A stretch of 64,000 bases of DNA from Octopus sinensis (GCF_006345805.1 NC_043010.1:54126001-54190000), one strand, 5' to 3'; counted from the stretch's first letter, positions 40,200-53,708 are shown. Translations and numbers: made by a program. Notes: generated by a model from the letters alone, not told the origin.

Positions 40200-40439
40200 C
40201 ACATAAAGAGAAAAACCAGAGGACTTGGAGATATAAAGTTTTTAAAATATTTAAACAAAGGTGATATCGAAAAGCATACCATATAGTACTTTACACGTAG
40301 ATAAAATATGGGCTAGAATTGTTAAAGGCTTCAAACATATTAGATACCAGTAGAAAGTTTAACGCGCTACTATATAGTACATATAAGTGTCAGGAAGGAA
40401 AGATTATCAGTACCGATTAGAAAATGAATTTATGAAAGG

Positions 40440-41450
40440 AACTCATCCCATTCCTTCTTTCACTCTTCCTTCTATCTTCTTGATCATTAATCATTTTGGT
40501 TATTGTACTTAAAAAGCTACATACGAATATTCGCTGGGAAAGATATCGTTAAAATGCATTTATGGACGATATAAAGCTATATCACGAAGAAAAAAAATCC
40601 AAATGATAGTTTAGTACAAACCCAATGAAATATGTAGTAGTGCTATCGTGTTGACATTGGGAATCGATAAATATGATATGATAGAGATGTATTAGAGAAA
40701 TACAATGGAAAATACCTGCTAGGGATCTACTAGATGGTAAAAGATGTGTAACATAAGTATGTTGGATGACAAGGAAAAAGTTAAATTATGAACTATACAA
40801 ATGAAAGTGTACAACAATGCAAAAAAGTTCTTCTAGGATGGAAACTTGGAATACAATCTCTCAGAAAGACATATAGAAACTACCATATTAAGAAGAGTAG
40901 TAATAATTCGGTTCGAAACAGGATTTAGCTTAGACTGAATGAGATATGAAATCCTAAAGTGAGAAGATGATGCTGATCACAATGCACCTTACGATAAGAT
41001 AATATCGGGAATAAAAAGCAGGGAATTTATTGAAAGTTTAAGAGATGTTAAAAATAGAGAAATTAAAACTTGATTCTCGTTGAAAATAATATGACTTTTA
41101 TTTAAGGAGGTACTAAATGTGAGTGCCGCTATTCAAACAGTAGATTCTCAAAAGAAGGAAATGCACTTTAGAGAGAAAAGCAAATGAAACTTAAAAGAAA
41201 AACTTAAAACAAAACAATTTAATGCTTTTCAAGGAAACAAAGATAATACAGAGGTAATACATTGATAACAGACAATAGTTGAAAAAAGGAGTTTTGAACA
41301 AAAAACCGAAGGAAGGAATTAATAATGTTGGTACAAGTCTTAGTATAAAATAGGTGAAGGCCATGAATGATCATTGGAACTGATCTCCCAAATGCGCATC
41401 GCTACCAATGGGACATTAAACAGCATTGTTTTTGAAAAGTATTACTACTT
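40440..41450 (+). mobile_element. Highly decayed R4/Dong-like LINE RT remnant
   Basis: Residual motifs FMDDIKLY (about 40559), DSLVQT, LNVSAAIQT and KCASLPMGH amid many stops and frameshifts. Confidence 0.5.
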
Positions 41451-42889
41451 ACCATATTGTTGGGAGAGCAATGGTGGTATCCAACAATTAATAAAGATTG
41501 GTTATTAAGGGATTTTCCAATGCATAACAGGAATGAGAATACAGCACAACAAGCTGGATTCTGTAGCCGTTAATTGGAAGAATACATTTTATTTTGCAAT
41601 TTTTTCTAACGTGTTTATTCCATATAAAAATCAAGGAAAATGCTCAATGCTTTAACACAGCAAAACCAAGATCGGTGGAACTTAGAATCTGTGACGGAGA
41701 ATTTCAGAGCAATCCTGGGAAAGCTAGATCGTAATGTGAATGGGCGTGGTGTATACATGCACTATTTATTTTATTCAGCAAGAATTATCATTTCGAAAGT
41801 CCTCGATACAAAGGAAGTTTAGATACGCATAACATAAAAGCATGTTATTGAAGACAAACAGTACTTATCCTACGAGTTCACGGTTTGTGATTCGCTAGTT
41901 TAGAGAACGAAACCGGTTAATACATAATAATGTGCAACATGACAAAAATAATTATAATGGATCCAAAATCTTGTACAACCGCCAGCAATATTTTAAGGGA
42001 AATGCCGATTACTGTTTAAGGACCGCTCGATTTAGTCGACCCAACTAATAATGGGTAGTTTCTTTTACGGACATTGAAAGAATAAATGCTTGACCGTAGG
42101 GGGGATTTGAACTAAGAAAGTACAGAGCCGGAAGGAATATAACAAATTACATTTTCCAGCTTTCTACCCACTCTTGCACAACAAAGACAACTTCCATCTA
42201 ATAACTGTATTTAGTACATTAATATCGGCTTCATTGATTTTTTGAAAATAAATTTAATAATCTGAAAAAAAATCGTATATTCAAAAGAAAAAGAAACAAA
42301 TTAAAAGTATTGTTAAAGCGAAGTACATCAACACAAATTTCAACAATAGTAAAGAAATAACAATAAATATATTTCGTTAAAGAATCTATTCAAAAGAAAT
42401 TTTGCAAGAAATATAAAGGAATTCAAATCCCCTACAGCTAAACCATTTTGTAGTTGTTTTTTCCCCCACGTTTTTCTTAACCATAAATTTAAGCAAGTTT
42501 GAAGGGGAGGAGATTTTATTTAAATGCGCCAATAGGAAAAATACCAGATCTATTTATTCTTTCTTACGAATGACTAGACATAATCGCATAGCTTTAGGAT
42601 CATCCCCACCCTCATCCATTTATATATCCATTCATCCGTACTTTGTGCAAGTCTTGCAAAAGGAATGAGTCGGGAGAGGAAATTACGCATATGACAATGA
42701 TACTTAATACGTAATTTTACACACACACACACACATATATATATATATGAGTGTGTATGCATGCAGGTAATAGTGGATTGAATAAGTGGGTGAAAATAAA
42801 ACCCGAAGTAATGTTTACTAGATGTGTATCAAGTGCAACAGTTTTGCTGAAAGGTGGGGCATGAAAAAGAAAATTCATAATAGTATTCT

Positions 42890-43097
42890 TTTTTACTCTA
42901 GGAACAAGGCCTGGAATTTTGTGGGAGGGGCCAGTTGATTAGATCGACCCCAGTACGTAACCAGTACTTAATTTACCGACCCCGAAAGCATAGAAGGCAA
43001 AGTCGACCTCGGCAGTATTTGAACTCAGAACGTAAAGGTAGACAGAATACAGCTAAGCATTTTGCCCGGCGTGCTAACGTTTCTGCCAACTCGCCGC
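42890..43097 (-). mobile_element. SINE (AAGGCGGCGAGCTGG-head family)
   Basis: Direct similarity to other copies. Confidence 0.85.
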
Positions 43098-43275
43098 CAT
43101 ATTTCATAATAGTATTGCTTATAACATATATCTCTTGCTACAGACCATTATATGGTATTTGCTAACTTGCTAAATCCAACAATTAATTGTTGTGTCGCTT
43201 CTGATATATTGCTTGATTCCGTTCGATTTCTTTCCACCTATAGGATCTAGGATTTCAATGATCTCCATCAGCGAT

Positions 43276-43399
43276 CACGAGGGGTGTATGAAACGTTTTG
43301 AGCCTTCAAGGCCTTTGAGCCTTGAAATCTTGTACTTTCGCCAGAAGTACCGTGTTTTGGTTTTTTTGAGGTTCAAAAACTTTTCATACACCTCTCATA
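43276..43399. mobile_element. 124 bp mariner-type MITE
   Basis: TIRs CACGAGGGGTGTATGAAACGTTTTGAGCCT and AGGTTCAAAAACTTTTCATACACCTCTCATA. Confidence 0.75.
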
Positions 43400-43454
43400 T
43401 AACTGGCTTATCTCTTGCTAATACCGGCATATTTTCGCGATTTTGAAAGTTCTC

Positions 43455-44012
43455 TGAAGACAACGCATTCATCTCAAGATTCCATGGTCGCACTCCCGAA
43501 CTATGCGGTTGTTATACTGATGCCTCTATCGGTGAGACCTCCCCTATCCCCCGAAAAACTAGACTCCTTGCTCTCTTTTGTCCAATACTTCCATCCTTCC
43601 CTCGAATTCTCTTGCGCTATTTCCAACACCACTATGCACACATCCCTCGCCAGAGCACTTCCCCGGACCGTGCCTCTCCTCTGTCTCCCCGCATCCACTC
43701 CGCCGTTGCCAGACTCCCTCTCCCCTCCACCATGCCCTTCCAACGCACCATTCTGAGAGCCTTTCAGTGAATTAAGTCCGACCACCACCACCACCACCTC
43801 GCACATCTTCCCCAACCTACGCCTTTCCTCCTTCAAACGAACCCACAATCTGCGTGATCTCCTGCCCCACAGTTTCTCCATAACACTACCGTTGGACCTG
43901 GCTCGTTCCCCTGTTCCTACCCATGCTGTCACACTTGCCCCTACCTCCCCAACCCCACCATTCTCACAGGCACACATCATCGTCCCTATCACATCACCCA
44001 CTCCTTTACCTG
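43455..44012 (+). mobile_element. Penelope-like element remnant (RT motifs plus Cys-rich linker preceding the GIY-YIG endonuclease)
   Basis: Frameshifted FISRFHGRTPELCGCYTDASIGETS (decayed RYIDD), LSPEKLDSLLSFVQYFHPSLEFSCAIS, SSFKRTHNLRDLL, GPGSFPCSYPCCHTCPYLPNPTILTGTHHRPYHITHSFT; order and motifs are typical of Penelope-like ORFs. Confidence 0.8.
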
Positions 44013-44876
44013 GATTTAAAAATTAATCCTACAATCAAAATTAGTGAAGTCATTTCAACGTTAGCGACTTCGTATTTGTCTGCCATTTTTTAGAAATACC
44101 TCCACGAGTTAGGTTTGATTAAGGATGAGATGATTAGTTATGGAGTGCGTTGGAAATATTTAGCAGTGTAATGTATATTTCTGAGTATATTTCTACCCTC
44201 AAGATAGTCATGAATTTCATGTGTTTGCTGGCTTTATTTGATAAGAGCAAGTTTTGATTTGTAAGGAATACTATATTTCCAACACACACATATACAGGGA
44301 TATTAATACTATCATACACACACACATGCTAATGTACACACGCAAACACATGCAAGGTCACCCACATAAATAACACCATATACGTGTAAACAGGAACATG
44401 TATTCCTGCGTTTGTACATATATGTAAGTTTACTTTATCGGTCTTTTACGATCGTCATATATGCTGGCTTTACAGTTCAGTTTATAGCTTTCTGCCATGA
44501 TTGTTCATAATTTCTATCACGAGGACTAACTATCTAGTATCAGATTTAAGAGGTTTTTCCACATATTGCTCACTTACAACTAAATACACCTACAAATAGC
44601 ATACAATGAAATCGTATACTTAGAAGATAAGGCAGAAAATCGTTGTTGGTAGTACACTTGACTATCACTAACCAAAATAGCCTGAACTGTGACCAAAACA
44701 TTTTGTTCTGCTCTTGTTAGTATCTTCAGAGATGTTATAACTAGTGCTACGAGTCCAAATATATTTGTTTCATTTCAATTGAAATTAAGCTGTTATTCCG
44801 AGAAATTTAATTATGCTTTTTCGAATCTTTCGAACGAACAACGCAACTATATATGTATATATATATATTATATATA

Positions 44877-44929
<53 letters not shown>

Positions 44930-44932
<3 letters not shown>

Positions 44933-45258
44933 GGAGCACTCCGTCGGTTACGACGACGGGAGTCCCAGTTGATACAATCAACGGAACAGCTTGCTTGTGA
45001 AATTAACGTGCAAAGTGGCTGAGCACTCCTCAGACACGTGTACCCTTAACGTAGTTCTCAAGGAGATTCAGCGGGACACAGAATGTGACAAGGCTGCCCC
45101 TTTGAAATACAGGTACAACTCATTTTAGCCAGCTGAGTGGACTGGAGCAACGTGAAATAAAGTGTCTTGCTCAAGGACACAACGCGTCGCCGGGAATCGA
45201 ACTCACAACCTTAGGATCATGAGCCGAATGCCCTAACCACTAAGCCACGCGCCCTCAC
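44930..45258 (-). mobile_element. SINE (head A, tail Y) in (TA)n
   Basis: High identity to 25377-25706. Confidence 0.9.
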
Positions 45259-45269
45259 TATATATATAT

Positions 45270-45300
<31 letters not shown>

Positions 45301-45302
45301 TA

Positions 45303-45742
45303 TATTATATATATATAAACGGCAGTTTGTCTGTCTGTGTGTCTGTGTGTCTGTCAGGTTGTACCCTCACCCTGACCACGGCTTTCAACCGATTCTGATG
45401 AAACTTGACACACACATATCCCAATGTCATAATTAAAAACTAACGCAGAGAAAATTTTGAAAAGTTCCCCCAGTTCTGAAAAAATCGATAAATTCGACAT
45501 GGGGTCGAGAATCTAAGCTTTTTATATGCAACACATTTTCTGTCTAGGGGACACAACTCGACCTTTTTATCGCCCAAAGGGACAGCTAGGAACATCGTAT
45601 ACACAGAAGTATTCGAGTGAAGGGAAGACATTGCAACCTACACATGCGCATTCGTTCCCTAGAGGGAAAGGACTAGATTGGGATTAGTCGTTGCCTACTA
45701 GGGGCTCTTACATACCCGGGCAACGCTGGGCTATGCTGCTAG
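45303..45742 (+). mobile_element. Non-autonomous Helitron inserted in (TA)n
   Basis: 5' (TA)n-AAACGGCAGTTTGTCTGTCTG; 3' hairpin CCCGGGCAACGCTGGG (45715-45730) followed by CTAG|T (45739-45742). Confidence 0.78.
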
Positions 45743-45776
<34 letters not shown>

Positions 45777-46412
45777 AGATAGATAGATAGATAAAAGAAA
45801 ATATATATATATTTCTCAATCACATAAAATACACCAAAATATCGGCATACCTGCATCCTATTATGGTTGCTATAACGTGTATCTATTCGACTCCTTACTA
45901 TCTGTCATAAGCGTATATTCCTGTTTTGAAACGTATACCACAATATCATACTTTATCTCATTTCTCACAAAATTTTCATAGAAACAATTCTGTTTGGTGT
46001 GATTATTTATAACACGAGAGAAGCAGATTACTTTCTATAAGAGGAATCATACTCGTATACGGATTCACATGCAACTCGCGATGTATTTCCATATATATTA
46101 TATTCTGAGTTCTTTCAGAGAAGAAAATATAGAATTATGCATTGCACCTGGTTTTATCTCTCTTATTTTCTCGGTGTCTTTATTTATCAAACCCTTTGAG
46201 TTGTAACACTTCTATATTTTTAATCGGCAGAGGGAATATAAAATACACACTACATTAACATCTATTATATATACATATGCAAATATATATATCTATCTTT
46301 ATATAAAATTATATGTATATATATATAATATATATATATATATATTATATATATTATAATATATATATATATATATTATAGATATTGATAAAAATGGTAA
46401 GACAATAAAAGA

Positions 46413-46451
<39 letters not shown>

Positions 46452-48323
46452 GTATATATAATATATATATAAATATATATTATATATATATATATATAAT
46501 ATATATATAATATATATATATATATGTATATGTATATATATACATATGTATATACATTTTATATATATACGCATGCGAATGTAGGATATCCGAAAGAGTC
46601 ATTCAATGTTATCACAATTCACACTCATCCAAACACACGCTCACATACATACACACACATACACAACATACACATATACGAACATACACACATCGTTAAA
46701 TAGGAATGATGATAACAATGAAAACCCCGTTCAGGCTTTTGAATTCCAAATGCAGGTAATAATATTGTCATACCTGTTTTCTTATCTAAATTTGCTAACT
46801 CCCTTAACTCCCATATGATAATAATATACATGTAATCTATTATAAGAAAATACATTATTGACACTTGGTAATTTATTTTTAACTTAATGCTGTTTTATGC
46901 ATTAGGCAATGCGTGATTAAAAAAATAAAAGTATTCCTTTCTAACCTTTTGTTTAAGTAGTGCCAGTGGGTTCTATTATACAAAAACTATAACCTTTTTT
47001 TATATATGATTGCGATTATTTACGTATTTTTATTTTCTCTCGATTTTTATTTTATATCTTATTCTCGAATGCCTATTGTCAATAATATTTGACGTTTAAA
47101 ACATTCTAATCTTAAAGAGAGAGAAAATCAACGAGCGCTAAGGATTATTTATATTTGAACGAAATTATTGCATGGAATGAATTTTAATATCTGGCGATGG
47201 TTGCAGGAGTGTTGATGCTCGGTGCAGGATGGGTCGTGTGTATACAACGCTTGATTCTCAATAACTTATTTAGCAGGATATTATGGGCAGGTATTCGGTA
47301 TTTTAGCATCGGAATGAGTAATGCGTAGTGTGTGAAACATTCTAAATTACGAAAACTCCCATTCATATATATATATATATTATACGTGTGTATAAGAGTT
47401 ATACACTGAGGAAAAGCCACATAGTGGCTTTCCATCGCTCTAGAAATGGGAGTTAAATGCTAAACCACGAAAAAGTTATTCTCATTTTGGCACGTTGAAT
47501 GTAGGCAGGAAAATATGAGAGAATTCAAAAATGATTAGTCATTCCTGTACTTCGAAATTTTGCTCTTAACGATTAAATACACTAATTAATTATTTAATCA
47601 ATCATCGCATTAAGCTGTCTGTGGCTCATATATTTCTTTTACTTATTTCAGTCAATAGACGGCTACACATGAAGTTGCACCGACTTGAATTGTTAATCGA
47701 ATGAATCGCCTCTATTCTCCTCTTTTATGACGCTGGCATTTATTCTATCGGTCCGAAGTTGCTATGCAGTGTGTCTGAACCCAGAGCAATGAGGTTTGGA
47801 AGCAGGGTTCTTACCACAGGATCACGCATGCTAGAAATAGCAGTGATAAAGATTCTAAACCAACTAAGACACTTTTAGGCACTAGTGAAAGCGAAAGTAT
47901 GAACAAAAAATGTATATCTCTTGTGAGTTAAAAGCGCAAGCTATAAACAGATGATACTATATATATATATATATATAGGTTAGCTGATTTAGTGGTTAAA
48001 ATAACCAAGGGATAATAGTATCCGTTACACTACCGGTATATTAGCTATATTTAACCAAGGGAATACTTATGGAAGCATTATGTTCATAAATTATAGGTAA
48101 AGACAAGGATAAACACGAATTTATCAAGAATCAAAATTTAAAGGAAACAGAAAATGGAGAAATATTGACAACAATTGATTTACATGAATTATTATTTATT
48201 AATTCAATGCAAATTGAATGAATAACTAATAACTGGTGTAAGTCAATTGTTGTTCACCAGAACTTCTCCAATTCCGGTTTTCTTTTAATTTACATATTAT
48301 GTATACATACATACATACTTGCT

Positions 48324-48600
48324 TACATATATATTTATTTATATTAAAGGCATTATTATACATAAATGCCTCACGCTAGGAGGGACTCTTAAAGTCAAAA
48401 CTACCATAATAAACACATTGTACCGAACACGAGGGAATGCAACTCTCGAAGCGAGCCTTTTAAGACAAGATTTGCTTCGAGAGTTGCATTCCCTCGTGTT
48501 CGGTACAATGTGTTTATTATGGTAGTTTTGACTTTAAGAGTCCCTCCTAGTGTGTGGCATTTATGTATAGTAATGCCCTTTATATACATAAATATATTTA
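48324..48600. repeat. 277 bp palindrome (~130 bp arms, 17-nt loop)
   Basis: 48324-48454 is the reverse complement of 48472-48600, with a long perfect inner stretch; this explains the mirror ORFs 48319+ and 48401-. Confidence 0.95.
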
Positions 48601-48704
48601 AAGGCAAAAGTTAATAAGTGTTCACCTTATGAGGTTTTTCAGGCTAACTACTTGATAAATTCTTATATAGATGTTATCCTATTTTTCAGTTGTACATACT
48701 CACA

Positions 48705-48785
<81 letters not shown>

Positions 48786-49276
48786 CACACACACACACAA
48801 ACACACACATACACACACTCACATATCTTTAAAAGGCCGAAACAGGAAAACAATACCAGAAATATAAAGCGAGAAATCTTAGCATGAACGTTGCTGATTT
48901 AGAGGTGTGTTCGATAGTTCAATAGTTAGAAGGCTGCAGTTGAGGAAATAGTGATGAAATCAATGAAATAAAATCGAAAATAAAATAAGAGAAGAAAATA
49001 CAAAGAAGGGTATTGAGAATGTATGAAAGAATATATTTCATCTTTTCCTTTCCTCAGTCGTTGAATTGCGGCCATGCCGGTTTATCAACCCCAGTATTAT
49101 TTTTTAAAGTGTGGTACTTACCCTATTTGTTTCTTTTATTGAATCGATAACTAATTTATACGTAATGTAACAAACACCGGTTGGCTAGCAGTAATGGATG
49201 ACGAACACAAATACACACTTGTATATATTTATCTTAGTACGAAGTTTCTGTCTATCACATTCCCTCACAAGGCATT

Positions 49277-49569
49277 GTTTGTTCATTCTCGAACATAGGG
49301 CAGGTTTCCCGGTTTGCTTGAGGTATAGGCTCCTCACCTGGACGGAACGCCGGTCTGTCGCAGGTGAGCTGCAAGAGGCAGGAGGAAAGAGTGAGAGAAA
49401 CTTGTGGCGAAAGAGTCAGCAGAAGTTCGCCATTACCTTCTGCCGGAGCCGCGTGGAGCTTAGGTATTTCGCTCATAAACACACACATCGCCTGGTCTGA
49501 GATTCGAACCTGCGATCCCTCAACCGCGAATCCGCTGCTCTAACCACTAGGCCATATGCCTCCATCTCC
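49277..49569 (-). mobile_element. SINE (head/body B, tail X-like) nested in an older SINE
   Basis: TSD CAAGGCATT at 49268-49276 and 49570-49578; left flank is a decayed 16024-family copy. Confidence 0.8.
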
Positions 49570-49594
49570 CAAGGCATTATTCGGTTATAATAGA

Positions 49595-49986
49595 GGAGGG
49601 AGGAAGCACTCCGTCGGTTACGACGACGAGGGTTCCGGTTGATCCGATCAACGGAACAGCCTGCTCGTGAAATTAACGTGTAAGTGGCTGAGCACTCCAC
49701 AGAAACGTGTACCCTTAACGTAGTTCTCGGGGATATTCAGCGTGACACAGAGAGTGACAAGGCCGGCCCTTTGAAATACAGGTACAACAGAAACTGGAAG
49801 TAAGAGTGAGAGAAAGTTGTGGTGAAAGAGTACAGCAGGGATCACCACCATCCCCTGCCGGAACCTCGGGGAGCTTTAGGTGTTTTCGCTCAATAAACAC
49901 TCACAACGCCCGGTCTGGGAATCGAAACCGCGATCCTAGGACCGCGAGTCCGCTGCCCTAACCACTGGGCCATTGCGTCTCCACGA
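49595..49986 (-). mobile_element. SINE (head/body B, tail Y) with 10-bp TSD
   Basis: TSD TTATAATAGA at 49585-49594 and 49987-49996. Confidence 0.88.
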
Positions 49987-50589
49987 TTATAATAGAAGGT
50001 ACATGCTCACAGTTGCCAAGCAAGGAAACTGAACTCGAAACATCGTGGTTACAGAGTGAGCTTCTTAATCGGACAGCCATGCCTGCACCGATACAAATAA
50101 TAGAAAATGTTGGCAAAAAATAACGACAAATTTAGTAGAACTATTTATATATAAATATGATTGAAAAACATTATTTTGAAAACTGTTGAAAAACATTTAA
50201 AAAAGTGTTGAAGGTAGTGAAAGATTATAAAATTATATAATTTATCGGAAATGGTGAAAAAAAAAATTTATAAGAAATTGAAATGAGTGAAAAAGTTAAA
50301 AAACAAGAAATAAATGTCAGAAAAAAAAAGGAAGAGAAAACAAGAGGGATTTTAAAAAATAAATCTTGATACGGCAAGATGAATGAATAAATAGATAATT
50401 GATTGAGTAAATGAATTGAATAAATAAATTAGGATGGGAATGTCGATGGTGAAGAAGGAGAGTAAGACGAGGTAAACAAACAAACGATAGGGAAATAATT
50501 ATTTTTAAGGGTACTATCGAATGACTGCAATATTAAAGGCAATAATAATAATAATAATAATAATGATAATAATAATGATAATAATAATA

Positions 50590-50624
<35 letters not shown>

Positions 50625-50640
50625 GTAATAGCAATAATAA

Positions 50641-51166
50641 ACCTGGCTTCTGATCTGAACTGATTGGAAGTGTTATCATGTACGTTGTTTTGTCTTGGTA
50701 TAAAAGCTGGGCTACACCAAATATTCTGATCAATACCATAGATTTGCTTGTCAGTTGTTTGACCGTAACCAACTGAGCATGTCCCTTGGTGGCTAACGAT
50801 ATGTGCATCCCTGATCCCGAGCAGAAGTAGTGGGGGAGCACCATAACCATGTGTTGAGAGTGATTCTTTGGGCTTAGAATAATTCACCTCTGGAAACATG
50901 TGTGTTTCGTTCAACATCCTTAAACAACCCTTATTCAGGGACCTTTTGAACAGGATGGGTTGCTTCAGTAGAAGAAAATTCTAACTGTGCCCCACCTGCA
51001 AGGTCATGTGCTGTTTATCTTGATATGAGATCATCATGTCGCGCACATATGGTTGTGATGCATGTCCCCGGTGTATCCTTATCAGACGGGTAGCCATAAT
51101 GGGTGTACAGGGCTTCGTATATTTTACCCCAGTGTCACTTTGATGGCATGCACTGCTCTCTCACAC
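50641..51166 (+). mobile_element. Unclassified ~525 bp non-coding element flanked by (TAA)n on both sides (probably a LINE 3' UTR)
   Basis: Complex sequence between (AAT)n tracts 50541-50640 and 51167-51207; no convincing ORF. Confidence 0.45.
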
Positions 51167-51173
51167 AATAATG

Positions 51174-51209
<36 letters not shown>

Positions 51210-51519
51210 GATGCCAGGCTTACCATCCCGGCAGGAAGTGCAAAAAATCGTGTTAACTGGAACGACTTATTTACCGAGAAGAGCATTATCGCTGTGAAAA
51301 CAACATCCATTCATGAATTTATTTATTTATTATTTTTTTAAATACATATTTTACCTGTGAATTTGCGTGTGTAATCTGGGAATGCATACAATGAGCCTCT
51401 CTGCTCTAGGTGTACGGAAAACACTCTGCGAGAAACGGAAGAAGATTGGAAGAAAGAAGGAAAAAAAATAATAATAGTAATAATAATCCTTACTACTATA
51501 GGCGCATAGCTTAAGAGCT

Positions 51520-52560
51520 AAAAGCTAAAAGATTGGGACAAAAAGACAAGAACGCGGCTAGCAATGCATGGAGCACCTCATCCACTTGCAGACACTGATC
51601 GCCTATATATGACGAGAGCACTGTTATCGATCTCGGGCGTTTAATGAAATACTTATCCAAATGTAAGTAAATCTTGGTAGTGTCAGTTAGGAATGAGGGG
51701 ATATTGAAAGCAGGGAAAAAGGAAGAAAAACACAACGGAAGAAGTACAAAAAGGATATAATGAGGTATTATGCCAAGTAGCCACACCTGAAGTTCTTGGA
51801 AAAGATGGGTAGTATTGGCTGAAGAAAGGAACACTGAAAAAAGAGACCAAGAGTGCTATACTTGCAACGCAAGTCCAAGCTTTGTCCAGGAATTGAAGTG
51901 TCAGCATTAGGAATGAGCAATTGACTCCTCCGTGCTGATTCTGTAATAGAGTGCACTTAACCATTGCCCATATCGCGAACGAATGCCTTAGAATTGCCCG
52001 AAACCACTACAAGTTGTGGCGACACAATGAGGTAGCGAGAGCGCTACTTTGGACACTGTGAGAAAAATAGTGGCTAGAGAGACGTATTACGTATTATGAG
52101 CACAAACGCAGAGAGTGGTGGAGTCCAAGCAGGTCAGATGCTGGAGAATAATAGATTCGACCTAGTGCTGGTGGAGATCATGCGCCACATATGCTATATA
52201 GTTGATGTTACATGCATCTTTGACCCACGAATATTCAAGGAAGGCGAAATAATAGATAAATACAATCCTCTTAAGAACGAAATAGCTCGGCTATGGAAAA
52301 CGAAGATGGTGAAGATAGTGCCAATTATTGTTGGTTCCTTTGGGGCAATATCCATTGGTATCAAGAGGAATAAAAAAATCGGAAGAGTGCCCAGTAAAAC
52401 TGTTACAAAGAGCTTGCCTACTTGGCACAGCCAGGATAATCAGGGAAGTTTTAAATAATTGAAAAAAACAGACATCATGGTAATGTAGGCTGCAGGCAGC
52501 AAGCCCACTGCACGTACACGACTCCAGAAGATTACAAAAAAACTATAGTGTATAGATCTG
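51520..52560 (+). mobile_element. R4/Dong-like REL-endonuclease LINE, 3' portion, decayed
   Basis: TRTRLAMHGAPHPLADTDRLYMTR; YWLKKGTLKKETKSAILATQVQAL; HIANECLRIARNHYKLWRHNEVA; DLVLVE..IVDVTCIFD..IDKYNPLKNEIARLWK..IVPIIVGSFGAI; CLLGTARIIREVLNN*. Confidence 0.85.
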
Positions 52561-52719
52561 TTAAATAAATAGTTTCGAAGAATTTCTTTTTCTCTACCCT
52601 AAATATTACCCCGTTCTATTATCAGTTGTATTTCATTAATTTGATCTAATTCACGTATTCGTATGTATGGATGTGATCTAATTATTTTCATTATTATCCT
52701 CTGCGCTCTGATTCCCGCA

Positions 52720-52770
<51 letters not shown>

Positions 52771-53708
52771 GGGTTACTAAAAATGGTCATTGAAGAGGAA
52801 TTAAAGTTGATGTTTCAGAGCAAGCTTTGTGCAATTACAGCGCAGTTACATCGCCTAATGTCAGCTATCGTTTAGTGACAAACCAATTAAAGACACTGGC
52901 GAAAATTGAAATAAAAAAGAGAAGAAAAATGGCAGACTGAATTATATTTCAATCAGGACGATAAGTAAAAACAAGTATAATAATATATGTGAACAATTAT
53001 AGAGTGTTTCTATTTCTAGAAATTCCACTTAATCCTAACTTTGGGAGACTTTATCCGAGATTAACTGGTATATAGAAACGAAAATCCAAATTAATTGCTA
53101 ACATACGGGTTATAAGTTGTTGTAGCACACCATTTAAGTTCCTTCAATCAAAAGAGATACAAGTTTAATATCACATTGATGCTTCCGACTAAAAGGTCAT
53201 ATGTACGATAATATCTTACAAAACATTGAAATTTGTGATTTACTTTCAACATTGATATCAGTTTTAGAGGTGCAAGTGTGACTCTGTGTGGTACGAAGTC
53301 TCTTTTCCAGCCGCATGGTTTTCGGTTCAATCCCCCTGCGTGGAATCTTTGCTGGTTGTTTCTTTTTACTATAGATTTAAATCAATCAAAGTCTAGTGAT
53401 TGGATTTCGTTGATGGAAAATGAATGACACATGTCGTATGTATGTATGTATGTATGTATGTATGTATGTATGTATGTATGTATATGTATGTACGTACGTA
53501 TCTATCTATGTATCTACACACAAACACACACACACACTTGAATTTGACAAAGAAATCAGTGACTACATTAGTTAACTCTCGTTATTTTACGCTGCACAAC
53601 TTGTCTTACAGCAATGTGTGTTGTTGTCTCCGGGCGAAACATACTAATTTCACCTTCACTGATCTCTTTGGCTCCAATACCATTCAATCTAGTGTTCCCA
53701 TTTAACAC

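Noticed and set aside
43501-44001. 166-aa minus-strand G/E/R-rich ORF
   Set aside because: Antisense shadow of the C-rich Penelope-like remnant.
50429-50917. 162-aa minus-strand ORF
   Set aside because: Half is (ATT)n-derived poly-I/L; the remainder has no recognisable motif. I also looked for an HDV-like or twister fold here and could not build one.
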